Of a DNA stretch of 59,317 nt, positions 25,886 to 35,810 are shown piece by piece. The translations under genes and the position numbers were made by a program. The stretch comes from Streptosporangiales bacterium (lineage in GTDB: Bacteria; Actinomycetota; Actinomycetes; Streptosporangiales; Streptosporangiaceae), in NCBI GenBank assembly GCA_009784565.1, contig WRBL01000001.1:1-59317 (forward strand). The letters run 5' to 3'. Each line of letters opens with the position of its first letter. Within the stretch, counting starts at the first letter, position 1. The notes below the pieces were generated by a model. The model ran no database searches. It had not been told where the DNA came from and was given only the letters and a program-made list of their open reading frames with translations.

Positions 25886-26962
25886 TTACTTCGAGTAGCC
25901 CTCGAGCTTGTTCGCGGCCTGGGCGAACGAGTTCGTGTAGGTCGGGGGCAGGCTGACCGGGCCCTTGATGCTCCCGTCGACCCGCCCGATAGCCTCGGCG
26001 GTCTTCGGTCCGTCGGCCGGCATCATGCCGTCGGGCAGGAACTGGCCCTTGTCCTGCGTCAGCGCCTTGATGTAGTCGGCCTTGGTGACCGTCGAGTTGG
26101 AGGTGTAGGAGGCCGGGAGGTGGTCGGCGATGTCGGCGGCGCTGTGGGTGTGGATGTAGTGCATGGTGGCGACGAGCGCGTCGACGACCTTCTGGGCCTC
26201 CGGCTTGTGGGCGCTGACCCAGCTGGTCTGCGCGAGCACGCCCGCGGTGGGCACGGGGCCGCCGAGCCATTTCTTCACGCCGGCCGTGGTGGCCAGGTCG
26301 AAGGCGCTGTGCCCGATGCCCATTTTCTCCACGGTCGCCACGGTGGGCTGGGTGGTCATTCCGCAGTCGATCGTGTGCTGCTTGAGGGCGGAGATGAAGG
26401 TGGACCCGTCGCCGACGCCGGCGCGGTGGAAGTCCTTGGTAGTCAGGTGGTAACGGGCGGCCAGGTACTGGGTGAGCTGGTCGGTGCCGGACCCGAGGTC
26501 GGTGACCCCGATGGTCTTGCCCTTCCACTGGGCGGGGGAGGTGATGTTCGTGCCGGCGGCGCACATGATCCGCTCCCCCGGCGCGCCGGACAGGTTCACG
26601 ATGTCCTCGACGGACTTGCCCTTCTGCTGGAAGTCGAGCGTGTGCGTGTACCAGGCGCCGGCCATGTCGACCTGACCGGAGGCCATGGCCTCCTCGGCGC
26701 CGGTGCCGCCCTGCGTCTCGGTGGAGAGGGTGACGTTGACGCCGTACTTCTTGTAGTAGCCGAGGCCCTGGGCGAGCTGGTAGGGGAGGTAGATCTGCTT
26801 GTCGATGCCGCCGACCATCAGCGTGACGGTGGGCAGGCCGGCGACGGGGCCGCCGCCGGAGCCAGAGGACGAGCCGCCGGCCACGTGGTTGGCGCAGGCG
26901 CTGAGGGCGAGGACGCCCGCCGTGGCGGCCGCGGCCAGCGCGGTCTTGCCGTATCTGAACAT
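25886..26962 (-). CDS. NitT/TauT-family ABC substrate-binding lipoprotein
   Basis: Lipobox LSAC; VGGIDKQIYLP, GKTIGVTDLGSGT. Confidence 0.88.
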   Translation of the reverse strand: MFRYGKTALAAAATAGVLALSACANHVAGGSSSGSGGGPVAGLPTVTLMVGGIDKQIYLPYQLAQGLGYYKKYGVNVTLSTETQGGTGAEEAMASGQVDMAGAWYTHTLDFQQKGKSVEDIVNLSGAPGERIMCAAGTNITSPAQWKGKTIGVTDLGSGTDQLTQYLAARYHLTTKDFHRAGVGDGSTFISALKQHTIDCGMTTQPTVATVEKMGIGHSAFDLATTAGVKKWLGGPVPTAGVLAQTSWVSAHKPEAQKVVDALVATMHYIHTHSAADIADHLPASYTSNSTVTKADYIKALTQDKGQFLPDGMMPADGPKTAEAIGRVDGSIKGPVSLPPTYTNSFAQAANKLEGYSK

Positions 26963-27016
26963 GGGTACTCCCTTGTACTTGCGGATGCGTGCGGGGAAAG
27001 ACAGGAAGGGGGCGGG

Positions 27017-27886
27017 TCAGGCGGCCTGGGGCGACTCGGCCCGGGACTGCGGCCGCCAGGCCAGGAGACGGCGCTCCAGGAGGCCGATGAGCCATTCGGC
27101 GGCCAGGGCGATCACGGCGATGACGAGCATGGCGGCGAACACGCCGTTGGCGTCGAGCTGGCCCTGGGCCTGGGAGATCATGAGGCCGAGGCCCTGCTGG
27201 GCACCGAGGAACTCCCCGACGATCGCGCCGATGACCGCGAAGCCGAAGGCCACGTGCAACGAGGCGATGATCCACGTCATGGCTGACGGGAGGATCACGT
27301 TCCTGATCACCTGGATCCGGGACGCTCCCAGGACCCTGACGTTGGCGATCAGGTTGCCGTCGACCTCGCGGACGCCCTGGAAGGCGTTGAAGAAGACGAC
27401 GAAGAACACCAGGACCGCCGCCAGCATCACCTTCGAGGGGGTGCCGAGGCCGAGCCAGACCACGAAGATCGAGCCGAGAACGATGCGAGGGAGCGCGTTG
27501 GCGGCCTTAATGTAAGGCCCGGCCACGTCGGCGAGAAACCGGAACTGGCCGAGCAGGACGCCGAGGACCACGCCGCCGGCCACGCCGAACAGGAAGCCCA
27601 GCAGCGCTTCCTGCAGGGTCACCCAGATCTCGGTGCCGAGAGACCCGTAGGGGGTCCCCTGGGCGAACCAGCTGATCAGCTTCGAGACGATCGCCGACGG
27701 CTCGCCGAAGAAGAACGGGTCGACGATCTTCGCCTGGGCGGCCAGCTGCCATCCGCCGAAGATCACGATGAACGTCGCCGCCTGCGCGGCGAGGACGAGC
27801 ATCCGCCGCCGGGTCACCCGGCGGCGCGGCCCGCGGGGCCGGGTGCCGGCCGCCGGTGCAGCCTGGGCGGAAACCTGGGTGGTCAT
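27017..27886 (-). CDS. NitT/TauT-family ABC permease
   Basis: NALPRIVL, EAA-like ANVRVLGAS..QVIRNVILP, GAIVGEF. Confidence 0.9.
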   Translation of the reverse strand: MTTQVSAQAAPAAGTRPRGPRRRVTRRRMLVLAAQAATFIVIFGGWQLAAQAKIVDPFFFGEPSAIVSKLISWFAQGTPYGSLGTEIWVTLQEALLGFLFGVAGGVVLGVLLGQFRFLADVAGPYIKAANALPRIVLGSIFVVWLGLGTPSKVMLAAVLVFFVVFFNAFQGVREVDGNLIANVRVLGASRIQVIRNVILPSAMTWIIASLHVAFGFAVIGAIVGEFLGAQQGLGLMISQAQGQLDANGVFAAMLVIAVIALAAEWLIGLLERRLLAWRPQSRAESPQAA

Positions 27887-28728
27887 GCCGCCGCTCCTTC
27901 CGGATCCGGGCCGGCGCCGGCCGTCTGGGCGTAGGCGCGCGTCACTTCGTCGCGCAGCGTCTCCCAGATCTGCTCGTGCAGTTCGCCGAAGCGCTCGCCG
28001 AACCGGATCTCCTGCACCGAGCCGCGCGGGCGGGGCAGGTCGATGTCGAAGACCTCCTTGACCGTTCCGGGACCGGCCGACATGACGACGACCTTGTCGG
28101 CGAGGGCGATGGCCTCCTCCAGGTCGTGGGTTACGAAGATCACCGACGGCCTGGACTGGTCCCAGAGCGTGAGCAGCTCGTTGGACATGATCGCCTTGGT
28201 CTGCACGTCGAGTGCGCCGAACGGCTCGTCCATCAGCAGGATCCGCGGCTCGTTGATCAGCGCGGTCGCGAGGGCCACGCGCTTGCGCATGCCGCCGGAC
28301 AGCTGATGCGGATGATGGTTCTCGAATCCGGCGAGGCCGACGACGCGGAGCCATTCGCGGGCGTCGGCCAGGGCCGTCTTCTTCGCCGTGCCGTGGAACA
28401 GCGGTCCCATGGCGACGTTGCCGAGAACTGTCTTCCAGGGCAGCAGCGCGTCGTGCTGGAACATGAAGCTCGTGCCGCGGGAGATGCCGCTGACCGGGGA
28501 CCCGCCCACGGTGACACTGCCCTCGCTCGCCGTGTCCAGGCCGGCGACCATCGTCAGGGTGGTGGACTTGCCGCACCCGGACGGCCCGACCACGGCGCAG
28601 AACTGCCCGGGTTCGATTGTCATGGTGACGTCTTGCAACGCCGTGAAGACCGTGCCCTCCGGCGTCGTGAATCGTTTGGTGACTCCCGCGATTTCTATGC
28701 GGTGATCACTCGGCGTATTGGTTCGCAC
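27883..28728 (-). CDS. NitT/TauT-family ABC ATPase
   Basis: GPSGCGKST, LSGGMRKR, LLMDEPFGALD, FVTHDLEEA. Confidence 0.95.
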   Translation of the reverse strand: MRTNTPSDHRIEIAGVTKRFTTPEGTVFTALQDVTMTIEPGQFCAVVGPSGCGKSTTLTMVAGLDTASEGSVTVGGSPVSGISRGTSFMFQHDALLPWKTVLGNVAMGPLFHGTAKKTALADAREWLRVVGLAGFENHHPHQLSGGMRKRVALATALINEPRILLMDEPFGALDVQTKAIMSNELLTLWDQSRPSVIFVTHDLEEAIALADKVVVMSAGPGTVKEVFDIDLPRPRGSVQEIRFGERFGELHEQIWETLRDEVTRAYAQTAGAGPDPEGAAA

Positions 28729-28766
28729 ATCGAGGAAGCTACGTGTCCGGTGCGATCTGAGTCACT

Positions 28767-28814
28767 ATTGCGCGCAATGCTCGCCGTAATGCGCGTTCGC
28801 TGACCTTTTGCTCG
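28767..28814. promoter_or_regulatory. Repeated WWTGCKCG boxes, candidate CitB-family operator
   Basis: ATTGCGCG (28767), AATGCTCG (28776), AATGCGCG (28788), TTTGCTCG (28807); ATTGCGCGCAAT palindrome. Confidence 0.45.
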
Positions 28815-28928
28815 AAAAGATCAAAGGAATTGCTGGTCAACGGAATGCGACCGCTGTTCGATCGTGCGAGCCCCTGTTACACTGCCGAAACTTCCGCGCT
28901 TGTCCGGTATCTGAGGCAGGGGGTGCTG

Positions 28929-30572
28929 ATGCGCGTCCACCGGTGGAGGCATGTCCGGCGGCGCCTGTCGACTCAGGTGGTCCTGCTGATGACGGCGATC
29001 CTGGTGCTCACGATGACGGGCGGCTTCTTCGTCGTGCAGGTGGGGCTGCACCGCCAGATCGAGCGGCACTACGAGCAGCAGGCCCTCGCCGTCGCGCAGA
29101 CGGTCGCGGCCGACCCCGACGTGGGCCGGCTGGTCGACGAGGGACGCCCAGGCGGCGAGCTTCAACGGGACACCACCCGGTGGTGCAAGGGGACCCGGGC
29201 TCTGTTCGTGGTGATCACCGACGCCCGGGGCATCCGGTATACCCACCCGAATCCGAAGCTGATCGGCGTCTCCGTCAACTACCCGGACGCGGAACCGCTG
29301 TCGGACGAGCCCTACTACACCGGTGTCCCCTGGACGGGCCAGTCGCACGGGACTCTCGGTGAGGTCGCGCTGGGGAGAACGCCGCTGCGGCGGGACGGGA
29401 AGCTGGCCGGGGAGGTCTCGGTCGGCTTCGCGGTCGCCGACGTGTCCAGGCAGGTCGGCCAGGCGCTGCCCGCCTTCGCCGCATACCTGGCGATCGTGCT
29501 GGCCGTCGGGGTGCTGGCGGCGCTCGGAGCGGCCCGGTGGATCAAGAAGCAGACATTCGGGCTCGAACTCGGCGAGATCGCCGCCCTCCTGCAGGAGCGG
29601 GAAGCCATGCTGCACGGCATCCGGGAGGCGGTTCTCGGCTACGACGCCGGCGAGCGGATCATGCTCGCCAACGACGCGGCCCGCTCGCTGCTGTCCCTCC
29701 CGCCGAACTTCGCCGGCCGCAAGCTCCGCCCGGTGCTGCCGCCGGGCCGGCTCGCCGACGTGGTGACGGGCGCGGTGACCGGAACAGACCTGCTCGTCGT
29801 TCACTCCGGCCGTATCCTCGTGGCGAACCGGATGCCCATCACCCGCAATGGCCAGCAGGCCGGCTGGGTGGTGACCTTCCAGGACCGCACGGAGTCCGAG
29901 CGGATCAAACGGCAGCTTGACGAATCGATCGGGCTCAGCGAGACCCTGCGCGCGCAATCGCACGAGTTCTCCAACCGGCTGCACACCCTCGTAGGCCTGG
30001 TCGAGCTCGGCCACTACGACGAGGCGGTCCGGTTCGTCACGGACCTGTCGGAGGACCGGGGGGAACTGAGCGACCAGCTCACGGCCGCGATCAAGGAGCC
30101 TAAGCTCGCGGCCCTGGTCCTGGCCAAGATGTCGCTGGCCGCCGAGCGCGACGTCCGGCTGCGGCTCATGCCGGACAGCCGCGTGGCCCGGACCATCGCC
30201 GACGTCCCGGCGGCGCTGACGGTCGCGGGGAACCTGATTGACAACGCCATCGACGCCGCGGCGCAGGCATCGGGCCGGCGCGACGTCGAACTGATCCTGC
30301 TCGCGACCGGGGACGACCTGCTGATCCAGGTCCACGACACCGGTGAGGGTGTCCCGCCGGTGATGCGGGACCGCATCTTCACGGACGGCGTCTCCACCAA
30401 GGAATCGGTGACAGGAGCGCGCCGCGGCCTGGGCCTGGCCCTGGTCCGGCAGATCGTCGAGCGCGAGGGCGGCACGATCACCGTGGGGCAGGACACCGGC
30501 GCGGTCTTCACGGTGGTCCTGCCCGGACAGCCGGCCGAGGCGGAGGTCCCCGCGCCGGAGGAGGCGACGTGA
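28929..30572 (+). CDS. CitA/DcuS-family sensor histidine kinase
   Basis: IRYTHPNP..IG sCache-like domain, KQTFGLE, PAS, LRAQSHEFSNRLH, GNLIDNAIDA, GLGLALV. Confidence 0.93.
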   Translation: MRVHRWRHVRRRLSTQVVLLMTAILVLTMTGGFFVVQVGLHRQIERHYEQQALAVAQTVAADPDVGRLVDEGRPGGELQRDTTRWCKGTRALFVVITDARGIRYTHPNPKLIGVSVNYPDAEPLSDEPYYTGVPWTGQSHGTLGEVALGRTPLRRDGKLAGEVSVGFAVADVSRQVGQALPAFAAYLAIVLAVGVLAALGAARWIKKQTFGLELGEIAALLQEREAMLHGIREAVLGYDAGERIMLANDAARSLLSLPPNFAGRKLRPVLPPGRLADVVTGAVTGTDLLVVHSGRILVANRMPITRNGQQAGWVVTFQDRTESERIKRQLDESIGLSETLRAQSHEFSNRLHTLVGLVELGHYDEAVRFVTDLSEDRGELSDQLTAAIKEPKLAALVLAKMSLAAERDVRLRLMPDSRVARTIADVPAALTVAGNLIDNAIDAAAQASGRRDVELILLATGDDLLIQVHDTGEGVPPVMRDRIFTDGVSTKESVTGARRGLGLALVRQIVEREGGTITVGQDTGAVFTVVLPGQPAEAEVPAPEEAT

Positions 30573-31252
30573 TACGCACACTCGTCGTGGACGACGACTT
30601 CAGGGTCGCGGCGATCCACGCCGGCTACGTCAACAAGGTAGACGGCTTCGAGGTGGTCGGCGAGGTCCACACCGCCGCCGCCGCGGTTGACGCGGTGGAC
30701 CGGCTGCGGCCGGATCTTATGCTGCTCGACCTGTACCTGCCGGACGAGCACGGCCTGAGGCTCCTGGCCCGGCTGCGTGACGGGCACTCGCCCGTCGACG
30801 TCATCGTGATCACGGCCGCGAAGGACGCCGTCAGCGTGCAGGACGCGATGCGGACCGGGGCGCTGCACTACCTGCTCAAGCCTTTCAGCTTCGGGGTGCT
30901 GCGGGAGAAGCTGCAGTCCTACGCGCAGATGCGGTCTCGCCTGCGCGGGTTGCGTGAGGCGGACCAGCATCACGTGGACCGGGTGTTCGGCGCGCTCCGG
31001 GCCCCCGGCCAGGCCCCGGGCGGGAAAGGCCGCTCGGTGCACACGCTCGAGGCCGTGGAGGAAACGCTCAGCGGTTCCGGCGAGGACCTGTCCGCCGCCG
31101 AGGTGGCCGAGCGAACCGGCATGAGCCGCGCGACCGCTCAGCGCTACCTCAGCCACCTGCACGAGGTCGGCCGGGTCGACATCCGCCTCCGGTACGGCAG
31201 CGGAGGCCGTCCCGAGCACGGCTACCGCTGGCGGGGCGGGCGCGGAGCCTGA
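30569..31252 (+). CDS. CitB-family response regulator
   Basis: LVVDDD, LLDLYLPD, YLLKPF, SRATAQRYL, YGSGGRPEH. Confidence 0.94.
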   Translation: MIRTLVVDDDFRVAAIHAGYVNKVDGFEVVGEVHTAAAAVDAVDRLRPDLMLLDLYLPDEHGLRLLARLRDGHSPVDVIVITAAKDAVSVQDAMRTGALHYLLKPFSFGVLREKLQSYAQMRSRLRGLREADQHHVDRVFGALRAPGQAPGGKGRSVHTLEAVEETLSGSGEDLSAAEVAERTGMSRATAQRYLSHLHEVGRVDIRLRYGSGGRPEHGYRWRGGRGA

Positions 31253-31253
31253 A

Positions 31254-32786
31254 TCACCCCCGGATAATGGCGGTGGACAGCAGGCCCAGGGGCGGGGAGC
31301 CGAGGTCCATCAGGGCGGTGTGGAACCGCTTGAGCGTGAACGAGGAACCCCACGTGGCCCGGGCCTCCTCCCGGGTCCGCTGGATCTCCAGCTTGCCCCA
31401 CGTGTACCGGCCGTAGGTGGGGTCGAAGGTCGCGCGCCGCGCCTCCGACAGCGCGGCCGGGCCCGCCAGGTGGGTGTCGGCCTCGAACCGGCGGGCCGCG
31501 TCCTCCACCGTCCAGCCGCCGGTGTGGACCCCGATCGCGGACGCGAGCCGGGTCACCCGGACCAGGGCCTCCAGCCAGACGCCGATCTCGAATCTCGGGT
31601 CGCCGCCGGCGAAGCCCTCCTCCACGCACAGTTCTTCCGCGTAGTGGGCCCAGCCCTCGATGAACACGTTCGAGAACAGGGTCCGCCGCACGTCCCCCTT
31701 GGCCCGCCGTACCGCCTGGAAATGGGAGAAGTGGCCTGGCGCGACCTCATGCACGTTGATCGCGGGCAGCGTCGTGGCGCTGAACATCTCCAGCCACTCT
31801 TCCGCCTCGGCCTCGCTCCAGGATTCCTCCGGCGGGGTGATGAAGTACTGGGACGGCGCGTCCGGCTCGGCCGGGGCGTTGATGGAGATCATCGCCACGG
31901 CGAAGCGGAGAGACTCGGGGGTCTGGCGGACCAGGCACGTGCCGTCGTGGTAGGGGACCAGGTCCTTCTCCCGGGTGAAGGCGAGTGCCTCCTCGACCCC
32001 GCGCCGGGCGACCTCCAGCACGTCGCCGGCGCCGGGATGATCCTTCACCAGCTCCCGGGCGAGATCCAGCGGCGCCTTCGACGGGTCGATCTTCGCCGTC
32101 GAGGCGGCCAGCCGTTCCATCAGCCGGTCCCGCTCGGCGTCGGCCCGGCGGGCCAGGTCCTCCAGGTCCACGGCCAGGGCCTCGCCGGTTCCCAGGAGCT
32201 TCGCCAGCGCGCCGGCCCCGAGCGCCGCGTCCGGCGGTCCGGACTCCGCGGCCCGCCCGAGGTGCGCCACCAGCTTTTCGTGCGCGGCCAGCGCCGCTTC
32301 CCGTGCCTCCGCCGGGGCGCCGGCGGGAATCCCGGCGGCCAGCCCGCGGGCCGCCGACAGCAGGGACTCGGCCACGGGGGCGCTGACCTGGTCCAGGGAC
32401 GTCAGCGCCCGGCCGATCGCCTCCGGCCAGGCGGCCAGGTGCCGGTTCCGGGCGTCCTCCCGCTCGGCGGCCGGGGCGTACTCCTTGTCGTAACAGGACA
32501 GGTCGAGGGAGTCCAGCAGGTGCATCGGGCTGCGCCGGTGCAGTTCAAGCTCGCCGTAGGCGACCTGCTGCAGGTCCTCGAACGCCCGCAGGTGCGTCTC
32601 GTCGTGCGGATCCTCCAGCTCCGGTCCGGCCTCGCGCGCCGCGGACACGGCGGCCAGGCCGGCCGCGACCCCGGCCGGGGACAGGTCCTGCGCGACCCCG
32701 TCATACTCGTGCCGGCCGCTCTCTTCCCGTGCCAGCCCGACGTTCAGGTCGCAGACCGCCCGCACCCGTGCGCTCAAGTCACTCAT
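31254..32786 (-). CDS. DUF885 family protein
   Basis: VHEVAPGH, FIEGWAHYAEEL, YTWGKLEI, FHTALMDLGSPPL. Confidence 0.88.
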   Translation of the reverse strand: MSDLSARVRAVCDLNVGLAREESGRHEYDGVAQDLSPAGVAAGLAAVSAAREAGPELEDPHDETHLRAFEDLQQVAYGELELHRRSPMHLLDSLDLSCYDKEYAPAAEREDARNRHLAAWPEAIGRALTSLDQVSAPVAESLLSAARGLAAGIPAGAPAEAREAALAAHEKLVAHLGRAAESGPPDAALGAGALAKLLGTGEALAVDLEDLARRADAERDRLMERLAASTAKIDPSKAPLDLARELVKDHPGAGDVLEVARRGVEEALAFTREKDLVPYHDGTCLVRQTPESLRFAVAMISINAPAEPDAPSQYFITPPEESWSEAEAEEWLEMFSATTLPAINVHEVAPGHFSHFQAVRRAKGDVRRTLFSNVFIEGWAHYAEELCVEEGFAGGDPRFEIGVWLEALVRVTRLASAIGVHTGGWTVEDAARRFEADTHLAGPAALSEARRATFDPTYGRYTWGKLEIQRTREEARATWGSSFTLKRFHTALMDLGSPPLGLLSTAIIRG

Positions 32787-32828
32787 GGGATACGACAATA
32801 GAGGGGAGGGGGCCCGGGAGACAGGCCG

Positions 32829-32846
32829 TCATGACAGATGTCATGA
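32829..32846. promoter_or_regulatory. DesR-type operator palindrome
   Basis: Perfect TCATGACA-GA-TGTCATGA upstream of an ABC + DesK/DesR-like operon. Confidence 0.75.
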
Positions 32847-32936
32847 TCGCCTGCTGATGCGGCGCACTACCGGCGGCGGGCGGGCGGTGGTGATATGTGG
32901 ATGTCACATTCGTCTCCGAGCGCCGGGGGACCGCAG

Positions 32937-33866
32937 ATGAACCATCAGGGGACGGGGCCGATCGTCTCGTTCGATAACGTCAGCAAGCACTACGGCTCCT
33001 TGAAAGCCGTCGACGGGCTCAGCCTCGAGCTGCGCCCCGGCGAGACCGTCGCCCTCCTGGGACCGAACGGCGCGGGCAAGTCCACCTCGCTCGACATGCT
33101 CCTCGCCCTCCGCAAGCCCACATCCGGGAAAATCCGGATGTTCGGCAAGGACCCCTACCACGCGGTCAAGACCGGGGACGTGGGCGCCATGCTCCAGTCT
33201 GGCGGGCTCATGCCGGAGGTGACGGTGCGGGAACTGGTGACGCTGGTTACCGGGCTGCACCCCCGGCCCGTGCCGGTCGCCACCACGCTGCGCCGCGCGG
33301 GTATCGAGAAGATCGCCGGGCAGCGGGTGGACCGGCTGTCCGGCGGGCAGACCCAGCGGGTGCGGTTCGCGCTCGCCATCGTCGGCGAATGCCCGCTGAT
33401 CGTCCTCGACGAGCCGACGACCGCGATGGACGTGGAGACGCGGCGTATGTTCTGGGCGAGCATGAAGGAGGAGGTCGCCGAGGGCAAGACCCTGCTGTTC
33501 GCGACCCACTACCTGGAGGAGGCCGACCAGGCCGCCGACCGGATCCTGGTGATCAACCGGGGCCGGCTGCTCGCGGACGGCACCCCGTCGGAGATCAAGG
33601 CCCGCGCGGGCGCGAAGCAGCTCTCCTTCCGGCTGGAACAGGTCAACGAGGAGTTCCTGCTCGGACTGCCCGGCCTGGTCAGCCTGGACGTGCGGGGCGA
33701 CCTGGTGCGGATCCAGTCCAAGGACTCGGACTCCACCCTGTACGCGCTGCTGGACGCGGGTTACCGGCCCCGCGAACTCGAGGTCATGGGTATCGGCCTG
33801 GAACAGGCCTTCCTGGCCATCACGGCCGAGGACAACCGGTCCGTTTCCGTTGAGGGGGTTCACTGA
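32937..33866 (+). CDS. ABC-2 exporter ATP-binding protein
   Basis: GPNGAGKST, LSGGQTQRVRFA, LDEPT, ATHYLEEAD. Confidence 0.94.
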   Translation: MNHQGTGPIVSFDNVSKHYGSLKAVDGLSLELRPGETVALLGPNGAGKSTSLDMLLALRKPTSGKIRMFGKDPYHAVKTGDVGAMLQSGGLMPEVTVRELVTLVTGLHPRPVPVATTLRRAGIEKIAGQRVDRLSGGQTQRVRFALAIVGECPLIVLDEPTTAMDVETRRMFWASMKEEVAEGKTLLFATHYLEEADQAADRILVINRGRLLADGTPSEIKARAGAKQLSFRLEQVNEEFLLGLPGLVSLDVRGDLVRIQSKDSDSTLYALLDAGYRPRELEVMGIGLEQAFLAITAEDNRSVSVEGVH

Positions 33867-34597
33867 TGCGCGGCACCTGGATGCTCGCCAAGGCGGAGAT
33901 CTACCGCCTGCGCCGGAACCGGCGCTATCTCGTCATGTCGGTCGCGCTGCCGGTCGTGCTCTACCTGCTGATCGGCACGAAGGTGAAGAGCTCACCCGTC
34001 TACGGCGTGGACTTCGCGGCCTACTACATGGTCGGGATGGCGACGTTCGGGTCGTTCAGCGGCGCGCTCATGAACAACTAGGTCCGGATCTCCCAGGAAC
34101 GCAAGGAGGGCTGGATCCGGCAGCTCCGGCTGACGCCGCTCCCGTCCGCCGCCTACGTGATCGCCAAGCTGATCGCGGCGATGGCGGTCACCGTCCCGTC
34201 GGTGGTCATCGTGCTGCTGCTGGGCCGGTTCGTGGGCAACGTCCACATGACGGCGGCCTCCTGGGTCACCATCGGGGTGATCATCATCCTCGGGTCGCTG
34301 CTGTTCGCGGCTCTCGCCGTGGCGATCGGCTACCGCTTCCAGCCCGATCAGGTCCAGCCCATCGCGACGATCCTCTACTTCGTGTTCATCGTCCTGGGCG
34401 GGGTCTTCTTCCCGCTCAGCGGCACCATCCAGAAGATCGGCCAGTACACGCCCGCCTACGAGGCGGTGAAGATCTCCACCGACGTGATCAGCGGCGCGTC
34501 CGTGTCCGCGGGCCTCGTCATCGGGATGGTGGTCTGGCTCGCGGCCTTCGTCGGGCTGGCGGCGCTCTCGGTCAGGTCGATGCAGGAAGTGGTGTGA
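33866..34597 (+). pseudogene. ABC-2 permease interrupted by one in-frame TAG (34079-34081)
   Basis: ORFs 33866-34081 and 34157-34597 are in the same frame; sequence after TAG reads VRISQERKEGWIRQLRLTPLP, a typical permease motif. Confidence 0.85.
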
Positions 34598-34604
34598 TCA
34601 TCTC

Positions 34605-35810
34605 ATGACGAACGGAGACACCATGCGCGCCCGGTCGCAGGCGGCGGCTCCCGGCCCGGGCCGGCAGATCGCCATCCATCCCGGACTGCGCATGGTGTTC
34701 TCCTGCGTCTGGCTGGTGTACCTCGCCGGGCCGGTGGCCGGCCTTTTCCGGCGGGGCTACGACCCGCTGTGGATCGCCGGGGGGATCAGCCTGGTGGCCG
34801 TGTTCTGCGGCGTGTACTTCTGGCTGCTGCTCGGCTGGAATTCCCCGCGTAGCCGGTGGTCCCTGGCCGGGCTCGCGCTCCTGTTCGTCCTCGCGATCGT
34901 GGCCTGCACCGTGTTCAGCGCCTCGAAATGGAACGTCCTGTGGATCTACGTGGCGGCCGCCTCGGGGATCGTGCCGCGGTCGCGCCGCCAGGGGACCTGG
35001 GCGGTGGTCGCGGCCGCCGCGTGCTACCTCGCCGTCAGCGTGGCGGGACAGGACTCGGTGGCCGACTACCTGTCCACGCTGCTTCCGGTCGTGATGATCG
35101 GGTTCATCATGATCGGGGGCCGGCGGCAGTCCGAGCTGACCAGCGACCTCAGCGCGGCCCGCGAGGAGATCGAGCGGATGGCCGCCGCGGCCGAACGGCT
35201 CCGCCTGGCCCGGGACCTGCATGACCTGACCGGCCAGTCGCTATCCACGATTACGCTCAAGTCCGAGCTGGCGTCCCGGCTTCTCGGCCGGCTCCCCGGA
35301 GGCCCGGAGCGAGACCGGGCCGCCGACGAGATCGCGCAGGTAGCGGAGGTCAGCCGGCAGACCCTCAGCGACATCCGGCAGGCGATCAGCGGCTACCGGC
35401 GGCCCACCCTGGCCGTCGAGGCCATCACCGCGCGCGGCGCCCTGGAGTCGGCGGGGATCGTCTCCCGTGACGATTCCGGCCTGAGCCTGGCTTCCGGCAC
35501 GTTCGACCCGGAGGCGGAGGCGGCCCTGGCCTGGTGCCTGCGCGAGGCGGTCACCAACGTCGTCCGGCATTCCAGGGCCCGGACCTGCCGTATCACCCTC
35601 ACCCGCCGCTCCGGCACCGTCAGCCTCAGCGTGCGCGACGACGGCCGGGGCTCCCGGGCCGAGCCGGACGGCACCGGCGGCACCGGGCTGCGGGGGATGT
35701 CGGAACGGTTGGCCGCGGTCGGGGGCGAACTCGAGCTGAGCCCCGGTCCGGGCGGCTTTGCCCTCACCGCGTCGGTCCCGGCCGGGAAACCCGTTACCGT
35801 TACCTCGTGA
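34605..35810 (+). CDS. DesK-like HisKA_3 sensor kinase
   Basis: Multiple TM helices, ERLRLARDLHDLTGQSL, REAVTNVVRHS, DDGRG, GLRGMSERL. Confidence 0.93.
   Translation: MTNGDTMRARSQAAAPGPGRQIAIHPGLRMVFSCVWLVYLAGPVAGLFRRGYDPLWIAGGISLVAVFCGVYFWLLLGWNSPRSRWSLAGLALLFVLAIVACTVFSASKWNVLWIYVAAASGIVPRSRRQGTWAVVAAAACYLAVSVAGQDSVADYLSTLLPVVMIGFIMIGGRRQSELTSDLSAAREEIERMAAAAERLRLARDLHDLTGQSLSTITLKSELASRLLGRLPGGPERDRAADEIAQVAEVSRQTLSDIRQAISGYRRPTLAVEAITARGALESAGIVSRDDSGLSLASGTFDPEAEAALAWCLREAVTNVVRHSRARTCRITLTRRSGTVSLSVRDDGRGSRAEPDGTGGTGLRGMSERLAAVGGELELSPGPGGFALTASVPAGKPVTVTS

Noticed and set aside
34079-34160. Pyrrolysine recoding of the TAG
   Set aside because: No pyl machinery in the window, TAG is used as a normal stop elsewhere, and a single-base change explains it
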